Source: Bacillota bacterium (GTDB lineage Bacteria > Bacillota > Bacilli > Paenibacillales > UBA4045). From it: a stretch of 64,000 nt of DNA. Positions 9,514 through 16,683 of this stretch are shown here, one piece after another. The stretch's first letter is position 1; each line of letters opens with the position of its first letter. Under the pieces are notes generated by a model that worked only from the letters and a program-made list of their open reading frames with translations, ran no database searches and was not told where the DNA came from. The stretch spans positions 150,246-214,245 of the forward strand of contig JAEZQY010000067.1 of the NCBI GenBank assembly GCA_023441055.1, given 5' to 3'. The position numbers and the translations under genes were made by a program.

Positions 9514-10523
9514 CCCCCCACTATCGTGTAGCTGACGCTGTACAACAGCTTCACTGCACCCCGTATATCCTCTCGATTCAGCAGGCGCAGCGGCCAGCCC
9601 ATTCTGGCTCGTTCGCTGATCCGATCCCCATATCGATTCAGGCCGCCAAGCTCAATACCCAGCGCGCCTGCCACCACAGATTCTGGTATGCCGCTGTTCG
9701 GACTAGGATGCAGCCCAGCGAACTTCTTCATTGCGCGCCACGCCCTCGCAGCTGACATTCCGCCACGCAACAAGCTCGCCAGCACCAGCAGCAGACCGCC
9801 TATGCGCGCAGGAATGTAGTTCATGACATCATCCCACCGGGCCGATGCCCAGCCGAAATGGCGATACTTCTCATTCTTATAGCCAACCATGGAGTCCAGT
9901 GTATTCGTAGCGCGGTAGAACATGGCCAGCGGCGCACCGCCCAGCAGCGCGAACACAATTGGGGAGACGAATGCGTCTATCGTGTTCTCGGCTACTGTCT
10001 CCACAGCGGCACGAGAGACCTCCGCTTCATTCAGTTCAGCGGTATCTCGACCGACTATGTATCCTACATATCTGCGCGCTTCTGACAGGTCTCCTCTGGC
10101 TAGCGGCTCATACACCAGCATCGCCGCATCCTTCAAGCCCTTGACCGCGATCGTTGTGGAGATCAGCCAGATATGCGCCGCGTAGCCCAGCCAAGGGTGC
10201 AGCGATGCCAGTGCCGCGCAGCATCCCCAGACGATGATGAAGCTAGCGCCAGTTATAACGACTGTCAACCACACACCTCGTATGCGTTGCTTCCTCGCAT
10301 GCTCTTCAAGGCCGGGGTTGTCCCGATCGCCAATAGCCCCATCCACAGGCCGATCGGTGATCGCTGTACCGGGCAGCTTCAACCATAGGCGCTCCAGCCC
10401 GCTGATCCCTCGTCCAATCAGAATGACAGGATGAGGCAGCCAGCGCGGATCGCCTATGATCCAATCGATGATAATCGCGGCTGCGATTATGCTTATTATT
10501 TCGGGCCATGAATAGAAAATCAC
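9480..10523 (-). CDS. cbiB: Adenosylcobinamide-phosphate synthase
   Basis: DWIIGDPRWLPHPVILIGR N-terminus and the SPNSG motif in a membrane protein. Overlaps its neighbours on both sides. Confidence 0.9.
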   Translation of the reverse strand: MIFYSWPEIISIIAAAIIIDWIIGDPRWLPHPVILIGRGISGLERLWLKLPGTAITDRPVDGAIGDRDNPGLEEHARKQRIRGVWLTVVITGASFIIVWGCCAALASLHPWLGYAAHIWLISTTIAVKGLKDAAMLVYEPLARGDLSEARRYVGYIVGRDTAELNEAEVSRAAVETVAENTIDAFVSPIVFALLGGAPLAMFYRATNTLDSMVGYKNEKYRHFGWASARWDDVMNYIPARIGGLLLVLASLLRGGMSAARAWRAMKKFAGLHPSPNSGIPESVVAGALGIELGGLNRYGDRISERARMGWPLRLLNREDIRGAVKLLYSVSYTIVGGCLCALLFSLL

Positions 10524-11134
10524 TTCCCGCGCTCAGCTCCATCCGCCCATTGATATGCGATTCGCTTCAGTTCAACCGGTATGCCCGCCGTTACGAGGAA
10601 TACCTCCTCGCAAGCTGCGGCGATGCGCTGATTCATCCAGCCGGCCAGATCGCGGAATTGGCGTCCTAATCGGTATTCAGGCACAACGCTGTCTCCGACC
10701 TCATTCGTCACGAGGATGACACGCCGGTCCCGCTCCACTATCAGCTGCGCAAGCTGCTCAACCTTATCCATCACCTTAGTCTCGCAATCGGGCTCAGCCT
10801 CATAGCGCAGTAGCCAGTTCGTCAGCCACAGGGTCAGGCAGTCAACAAGCACGATCTCATCCGGGTATTGTCTGATCGCGTCAACAAGCTCGAACGGCTC
10901 TTCGATGGTACGCCAGGTGAAGGGAGCGGCATCTGACTGGGCTTGCTTATGCGCGAATGAGGATTCGGTCATCTCGGCGCGCCGCTTCTGATGATGCTCC
11001 ACACGCTCCCGCATCTCCTCATCGAGCACCTGCGACGTCGCGATATACATCCCGCCCGCACCCTGTCTCCTTGCATATTGCTCCGCGAATCGACTCTTCC
11101 CGCTCCTTGCTCCGCCTGTCACTAACACCGCCAT
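10520..11134 (-). CDS. cobU: Adenosylcobinamide kinase / adenosylcobinamide-phosphate guanylyltransferase
   Basis: LVTGGARSGKSRFAE P-loop. Preferred start is the ATG at 11134 (MAVLVTGG); the ORF track extends to 11188. Confidence 0.9.
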   Translation of the reverse strand: MAVLVTGGARSGKSRFAEQYARRQGAGGMYIATSQVLDEEMRERVEHHQKRRAEMTESSFAHKQAQSDAAPFTWRTIEEPFELVDAIRQYPDEIVLVDCLTLWLTNWLLRYEAEPDCETKVMDKVEQLAQLIVERDRRVILVTNEVGDSVVPEYRLGRQFRDLAGWMNQRIAAACEEVFLVTAGIPVELKRIAYQWADGAERGK

Positions 11135-11175
11135 CACGTTGCCCCCATTCCTCTCGTCAACATCGACTCTGAACC

Positions 11176-11310
11176 CATCCAGCTTCACTTTACAGCGTTA
11201 CGCGTACCAGTTACCTCGTATCGCATCATCCAGCTTCACTTTCCAGCGCTGCGCGCACCAGTTACCTCGTATCGCATCATCCAGCTTCACTTACCGGCGC
11301 TGCTGCGACC
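11176..11310. repeat. 51-bp tandem repeat, about 2.6 copies, in the cobT-cobU intergenic spacer
   Basis: Unit CATCCAGCTTCACTTTCCAGCGCTGCGCGCACCAGTTACCTCGTATCGCAT at 11176-11226 and 11227-11277, with a partial third copy. No minus-strand ORF is listed across it in the supplied track. Confidence 0.85.
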
Positions 11311-11314
11311 CGCA

Positions 11315-12373
11315 TCAGCCCTCCGAGATGCCTGCGCTCTCGAAGGTGGCCATCTCTTGCATGAGCTTAACCGCGGCATCGAGGATAGTCATGCCGATTG
11401 CCGCGCCAGTGCCTTCTCCGACCCGCATGCCCAGCGTAATCATCGGCTTCAGGCCGAGCTGCTCCAGCACCGCGCCATGACCTTTCTCATCCGACAGATG
11501 GGATGCGATCATATAGTCGCGCGTCAGCGGGGCAAGCCGATAAGCCACAAGCGCCGCCAGCGTTGCAATGAATCCATCGATCACGACCGGACAGCGGTTA
11601 GCCGCCGCACCTAATATAACGCCAGTCATCCCCGCGATTTCGAGCCCGCCCAGCTTGCTCAGTACATCGAGCGGATCATTCGCATCCGGCGCATTCACAG
11701 CAATCGCGAGATTAATCACAGCGCGCTTACGTTGCAGCCCTGCATCGTCCACGCCAGTTCCTCGCCCGACAGCCTGCTCGGAAGACACACCGCCGAGCAC
11801 TTGCAGCATGGCCGCGCTAGGCGTTGTATTGCCGATGCCCATCTCGCCTGTCGCGAACATCTGATAGCCGCGCTGCATCAACTCATCCACCACCGCGATC
11901 CCAACTTCAATTGCCGCAACTGCTTCTTCACGCGTCATCGCCGGTCCACGCGCAATATTCGCTGTTCCATAGCGCACCTTGCGTCTGAGCAGATCTGGAT
12001 GGTCGATGTCGCTCTTGACGCCGATATCGACACATATGACCTCAGCACCTGCGTGACGGCCCAGCACATTGACAGCCGCTCCGCCATTCAGGAAGTTCAA
12101 GACCATCTGCGGCGTCACCTCCTGCGGGAATGCGCTTACGCCCTCCTCGCATACGCCATGATCTCCCGCCATCACAATGATCGCTTTCTTCCGAATCTGT
12201 AACGGGAATTCGCGAGCGATGCCAGCCAATTGAGCCGCCAGCCCCTCCAATTGCCCCAGACTGCCGGGCGGCTTCGTCAGCCGATCCGAATGGGACTGCG
12301 CAGCCTGCATCGCGTTCTGATCCAATGCCTCAATGTTCTCCAATATCGCTTTAAGCCGATCCCCTATCGCCAT
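11315..12373 (-). CDS. cobT: Nicotinate-nucleotide--dimethylbenzimidazole phosphoribosyltransferase
   Basis: Typical CobT sequence (LTKPPGSLGQLE, GEMGIGNTT, GEGTGA). Confidence 0.95.
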   Translation of the reverse strand: MAIGDRLKAILENIEALDQNAMQAAQSHSDRLTKPPGSLGQLEGLAAQLAGIAREFPLQIRKKAIIVMAGDHGVCEEGVSAFPQEVTPQMVLNFLNGGAAVNVLGRHAGAEVICVDIGVKSDIDHPDLLRRKVRYGTANIARGPAMTREEAVAAIEVGIAVVDELMQRGYQMFATGEMGIGNTTPSAAMLQVLGGVSSEQAVGRGTGVDDAGLQRKRAVINLAIAVNAPDANDPLDVLSKLGGLEIAGMTGVILGAAANRCPVVIDGFIATLAALVAYRLAPLTRDYMIASHLSDEKGHGAVLEQLGLKPMITLGMRVGEGTGAAIGMTILDAAVKLMQEMATFESAGISEG

Positions 12374-12408
12374 ATCTCTTACTCACCCTTCTGATATGTA
12401 CTCGCGCA

Positions 12409-12447
12409 ATGCATCGAATTTATGCACCGAACTCATGCATCGAACGT
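12409..12447. repeat. 13-bp unit ATGCA(T/C)CGAA(T/C)NN in three exact tandem register copies, 36-74 nt upstream of the cobT start
   Basis: Copies at 12409-12421, 12422-12434 and 12435-12447, read directly. Confidence 0.7.
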
Positions 12448-12582
12448 TTGCTCCGCCTTATTACCTCTACCTAATGAAGCTTTGCTTATCTTACTCTCTC
12501 AATCAATCGGCTCATTTCTTGTACTTGCTATTTACACAAGCCCATCATTCTCCGATAGACAAGCTCGCCCTACAACCTCCAC

Positions 12583-13428
12583 TTACACGCTCGCCTTGCG
12601 GTTACGCATCATCCATTCCACGGCATAATCCACGATCGCGCGCTGTGGAATCATCATCGCGCGCGCCTTCGCGACATAACCAATCCGTACATCCGACGTC
12701 TCCATCAAGAAATCCTCGCCCAGCAGCTCGAAGTCATCGGAATCATAATCAATATCCTCGAATTCCACCCACACCCGCTGACCGTCCTGAAAGATCGGCG
12801 CAGCATTCACTCGCCCACGCTTACCGGCATAGGCCGCTCGATACTCTGCCAGATGGAGCGAGGTGTTGTTGCGATTGCCCACGCCCAGCAGCAGAATCCA
12901 GCCGTTCTGATCATATACGCGTGCTAATGGGGAGGCCTCACCTAATCCGTAGGCCAGACTATGATCCCCGATAATCGTGTCACGATGAGCGCCCCAGGCT
13001 GCGAAGGACACCTGAGGGTGACTGCTTCGCCTTACGCCCTGCTGCTTGCGGAAGCACTCGGGGATGCTGCCCATCCCGCTGGTCGGTGTCAGATCAGGCT
13101 CGTAAGCTGGCATGGTCGCTCTGATGGTATCCCACCAGGATGCTTGTACAGGCGGATACTGCCAGCCCGCTGGGTCCGACAGATCACCGCTGTGCGTCGG
13201 CATAACCAGTGTGCCGCTGGTCTCAAGCAGCGATTCCAGCGCATGTATGACGGCCACTGGTCCTCCGCACACCCATCCGCCGAGCGACTTCATGGAGGAA
13301 TGCAGCAGCAGCGTCATCCCCGCATGAACACCAAGCGATTGGAAATCCGCACGCAGCGTATCAACCGTGATCAGATCCCCTTCGATTACGGGCAGCATGC
13401 CCAACACCTCCTGAATATTCCTCACCAT
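12583..13428 (-). CDS. AAC(3)-family N-acetyltransferase-like protein
   Basis: 281 aa with family motifs (LLLHSSMKSLGGWVCGGPVAV, MPTHSGDLSDPAGW, NTSLHLAEYRA). Its start overlaps the stop of the upstream ABC ATPase. Confidence 0.8.
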   Translation of the reverse strand: MVRNIQEVLGMLPVIEGDLITVDTLRADFQSLGVHAGMTLLLHSSMKSLGGWVCGGPVAVIHALESLLETSGTLVMPTHSGDLSDPAGWQYPPVQASWWDTIRATMPAYEPDLTPTSGMGSIPECFRKQQGVRRSSHPQVSFAAWGAHRDTIIGDHSLAYGLGEASPLARVYDQNGWILLLGVGNRNNTSLHLAEYRAAYAGKRGRVNAAPIFQDGQRVWVEFEDIDYDSDDFELLGEDFLMETSDVRIGYVAKARAMMIPQRAIVDYAVEWMMRNRKASV

Positions 13429-14198
13429 TATCCCGGCAGTATGACCTGCGGCAGCCCGTTATCGGGATGCCCGACGATAAGCGGCAGAATGCCATACACC
13501 TCGCGGATCAACTCGCTGCGCATGATCTGCTCCGGCGTGCCAATATCAATAACCGAGCCAGCATGCAGCATCAGAATCCGATCACAATGCAAGGCCGCCA
13601 GGTTCAGATCATGCAGCACCGCGATAACCGTCATCTCCGACTCTCGCCGCCAACGCTTGATCTGCTCCATCAGCATCACCTGATGACCGATATCCAGATA
13701 CGTCGTCGGTTCATCGAGCATAAGCAGCCTCGGCTCCTGCGCCATCGTCTTGCCTAGTGCAACGCGCTGCCGCTCGCCGCCGCTAAGATGCTCCAGGCTG
13801 CGATCCTGCAAGTCGGTCAGACTCAGCTTCTCCAGCACCTGGTCGATGAACGCGTCGACATCGCGCGCCTCTTCGCCCAGCCAATTCTGATGCGGAAACC
13901 GCCCCATCTCCACCACCTCGCGAACCGTGAAGCTCACCGGCGGGAGCGTCTCCTGCTGCAGAACAGCAAGCCAGCGTGCCAGGTCCTTGCGGGCATGCCG
14001 TCCAATCTCTATCCCATCCAGCAAAATAGTGCCCCCATCCGCCCGTTCCACACCGGACAACAGCTTCAGCAGTGTGGACTTCCCACTGCCGTTAGGTCCA
14101 ATTATGCCGAGACATTCGCCTCGCGCGACGTTGAAGCTGACATCCTGGAGGATGATGTCAGTTTGGTACATTTTGCGTATATGGCTCACTTCAATCAT
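13428..14198 (-). CDS. ABC transporter ATP-binding protein (FecE/BtuD type)
   Basis: GPNGSGKST Walker A, LSGGERQRV signature and LLMLDEPT Walker B. Confidence 0.9.
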   Translation of the reverse strand: MIEVSHIRKMYQTDIILQDVSFNVARGECLGIIGPNGSGKSTLLKLLSGVERADGGTILLDGIEIGRHARKDLARWLAVLQQETLPPVSFTVREVVEMGRFPHQNWLGEEARDVDAFIDQVLEKLSLTDLQDRSLEHLSGGERQRVALGKTMAQEPRLLMLDEPTTYLDIGHQVMLMEQIKRWRRESEMTVIAVLHDLNLAALHCDRILMLHAGSVIDIGTPEQIMRSELIREVYGILPLIVGHPDNGLPQVILPG

Positions 14199-14204
14199 CC
14201 GGAT

Positions 14205-15242
14205 TCATCCCCTTGACAGTTGTTTGTTCTTGCGCAGCAGGTAGGCGAAGAACGGCGCTCCCAGGAAGGCCGTGACGACACCGAGCGGGATCTCGGTCGG
14301 ACTGAGCAGCGTACGCGCGAGTGTATCGGCCCAGAGCACATACACACCACCTAGTATGCCTGTAATCGGCATTAGGATGCGATAATCCGGACCGACAATG
14401 AGCCGGACCAGATGCGGCACGACGAGTCCGACGAATCCGATGGTGCCCACAATCGACACAGCCGCTGCGGTAATCAAGGTGGATACGATGAGCACGGTCA
14501 TGCGTGTCCGCTGCACATTCACACCTAGATGAGCCGCTTGTCGCTCACCCAGTGCGAACAGGTTCAGGATTCGACTATAAGCTAGAAGAATAATCAGACC
14601 TACAGCTAGATAGGGGATCAGCACAATGGTGAACGACCATCCGCGCAGCGATAGACTGCCCATTGTCCAGAATACGATCTCGTTGATAACGGAGTCGGAC
14701 ATCGAGACCATGAAGGATACGAATGAGCCCAGGAAGGCCGATACCACAACACCCGACAGAATTAAGGTCTCCAAGCGATACTTGCCATGTACATTCGCTA
14801 ATCGGATTACGAGGAATAAGCTCATTAATCCGGTTATGAAGGCAACGAGCGGAATAGCCCACTTGCCGATAAGCATCGTATGAAAGCCCATCAGGATCAT
14901 GAAGGCAGCGCCTACCGCTGAGCCTGATGCCACGCCTAGCGTATAGGGGTCTGCCAGCGGATTGCGAAGCACACCCTGGAAGCCTGCACCAGCCAGAGAC
15001 AGACAAGCGCCTACCAGAATGGCCAGCACCACACGCGGCAGACGCACCTTCAAGATGATCTGCTCTGACGAGCCTGCCCAGGTCGGCTCCACCCAGCTGC
15101 CAATCACTGGCAGCTGGTGCAGCAGGATGCCCCATACGTCGCTGAGCGGCATTCGTGCTGTACCAATTGACAGGCTTATAACGGCTGAGAGGAGAAGCAG
15201 CCCTAAGGCTGCTCCTCCCCATATGACAATCTTATGTGTCAT
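14205..15242 (-). CDS. FecCD/BtuC-type ABC permease
   Basis: 345-aa polytopic protein with a FecCD-family C-terminus (GVVTAFLGAPFFAYLL). Confidence 0.9.
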   Translation of the reverse strand: MTHKIVIWGGAALGLLLLSAVISLSIGTARMPLSDVWGILLHQLPVIGSWVEPTWAGSSEQIILKVRLPRVVLAILVGACLSLAGAGFQGVLRNPLADPYTLGVASGSAVGAAFMILMGFHTMLIGKWAIPLVAFITGLMSLFLVIRLANVHGKYRLETLILSGVVVSAFLGSFVSFMVSMSDSVINEIVFWTMGSLSLRGWSFTIVLIPYLAVGLIILLAYSRILNLFALGERQAAHLGVNVQRTRMTVLIVSTLITAAAVSIVGTIGFVGLVVPHLVRLIVGPDYRILMPITGILGGVYVLWADTLARTLLSPTEIPLGVVTAFLGAPFFAYLLRKNKQLSRG

Positions 15243-16285
15243 TGCCCAATCAATCCTGGATAGATACCTTCGAACATGAGCAGCAGCCCTTCCGTAATGC
15301 GAGGTCCTGGTCTTGCCAGGATATCATTATCGATTGCAATCAATTGGCTGTTCTGAATCGCCTGGATCTGTTCCCAGCCGCTTCTATTCTTAATCAGCTC
15401 CTCAAGTGATTTGCCAGAATCGTAGTCTACGAGATTAGCCGCATATAGGATCACATCCGGGTCGTCTTGGATGACCTTCTCTTCATTGACCTGGTTCCAG
15501 CCTGGCTGATCACCTGCGATATTGATGCCACCTGCCATTACAAGTAACTCATCTAGAAACTCGCCGCTTCCTACGGTCCAGCCCGGCGCAAACTCTAGAT
15601 AAACCTTCTTCTTATCCGATTCCTGAATCGTTGCGACCGCATCTGTCACCTTGGTGATATCGGCTCTAAGCTTCTCAACGAGTTCTTCGGCTTGCACCTG
15701 CGTATTCGTCACAACGCCGAGACGCAGGATATTATCCAGTACATCCTCTACTGTCTTAGGGTCAGTCTTATAGATCTTAATACCGAGTTCACGGAACTTT
15801 ACGGCCGCATCGTCAGGCAAGGAGATACCCCCGATTAACAGATCGGAATCAGCTGCGATAATCGCCTCGACATTCGGATTGAATACGCCGCCGACCTTGG
15901 GCTTGCTGAGCGCTTCCTCCGGATAATTATCATAATCCGACACACCCACAATCTTGTCGCCTAATCCCAGCGCGAAGAGAATTTCGGTCTCCGACGGCGA
16001 TGTAGATACAATGCGCTCTGGTGCCGCTTCGAAGGTGATTTCCTCGCCGCTGGCATCCGTTACGGTAATCGGATAAGCTGTCTCATTAGATGCTGCAGGT
16101 TCCTCAGGTTCATCGGCAGGCACTTCCTCGCCGCCTGCGCTTGTCCCTTCAGCGTGCGCTTCATTCGGAGCACTAATGGCGCTGTCAGGTGCCGCACCGC
16201 CTTGATTGTTCTCGCTGTTCCCAGCTCCGCAGCCTGCCAGCGCCACCATCATGACGACTAACAATAAACTTAGTAGCTTTCTCAT
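15239..16285 (-). CDS. Periplasmic-binding-protein type lipoprotein (BtuF / siderophore-binding class), probable cobalamin/cobinamide binder
   Basis: LAGCG lipobox, low-complexity linker and a class III SBP body. First gene behind a cobalamin riboswitch. Confidence 0.85.
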   Translation of the reverse strand: MRKLLSLLLVVMMVALAGCGAGNSENNQGGAAPDSAISAPNEAHAEGTSAGGEEVPADEPEEPAASNETAYPITVTDASGEEITFEAAPERIVSTSPSETEILFALGLGDKIVGVSDYDNYPEEALSKPKVGGVFNPNVEAIIAADSDLLIGGISLPDDAAVKFRELGIKIYKTDPKTVEDVLDNILRLGVVTNTQVQAEELVEKLRADITKVTDAVATIQESDKKKVYLEFAPGWTVGSGEFLDELLVMAGGINIAGDQPGWNQVNEEKVIQDDPDVILYAANLVDYDSGKSLEELIKNRSGWEQIQAIQNSQLIAIDNDILARPGPRITEGLLLMFEGIYPGLIGQ

Positions 16286-16357
16286 TCCTCACTCGTCCCT
16301 TCATCTCTGTACAATAATATCGAGAATTGCTTGATGACGGGCTTGATTAGCCATTAA

Positions 16358-16395
16358 CGAAAAGAAAACCTTGTACCCATATCGGATGCAAGGTT
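16358..16395 (-). terminator. Intrinsic terminator forming the expression platform of the upstream B12 riboswitch
   Basis: On the minus strand, AACCTTG-loop-CAAGGTT is followed by TTTCTTTTC. It lies between the riboswitch and the SBP start. Confidence 0.6.
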
Positions 16396-16459
16396 AGCAA
16401 ATCAGAATATAATCTGACTGCTGCCGTGTCCTTTTCCGCGAAGGATTTCGTTGGCGAGC

Positions 16460-16630
16460 GCTTATAGGCAGGTTTCCTGGCTTACGGGTTGCCGAGCTCC
16501 TCTCCTTCCCATTCCGCGCGCAGAACAGTGGTATTGCGAGGATCTCCCCGATTCACAGTGGCGGGACCGCGCCGGCATCGCACCGGCTTCCCTTTTAACC
16601 TTGTTAGCTAGACAAGGCACCTATCGGCTT
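16460..16630 (-). promoter_or_regulatory. Cobalamin (B12) riboswitch controlling the BtuFCD-like operon
   Basis: The minus strand reads ...ATAGGTGCC...AAAAGGGAAGCCGGTG...GCGCGGTCCCGCCACTGTGA...AGCCAGGAAACCTGCC. The B12 box is at 16467-16482. Confidence 0.85.
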
Positions 16631-16683
16631 CAAGTTCAATTGATCAAGCTAAATCTCTATCTAGTAGTATAGCTGATCTTGCC

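Noticed and set aside
12374-12582. Possible third cobalamin riboswitch ahead of cobT
   Set aside because: There is no B12 box (AGYCMGGAGACCKGCC-like) and no GCCACTG core on either strand. Only the 13-bp triple repeat is present.
12333-13683. 213-aa and 240-aa plus-strand ORFs
   Set aside because: They overlap the AAC(3)-like and ABC ATPase genes on the opposite strand. They are P/S/R-rich with no start context.
14575-15222. 215-aa minus-strand ORF in an alternative frame of the permease gene
   Set aside because: It is out of frame with the FecCD permease, which shows the expected TM pattern. This frame gives an R/G/S-rich product.
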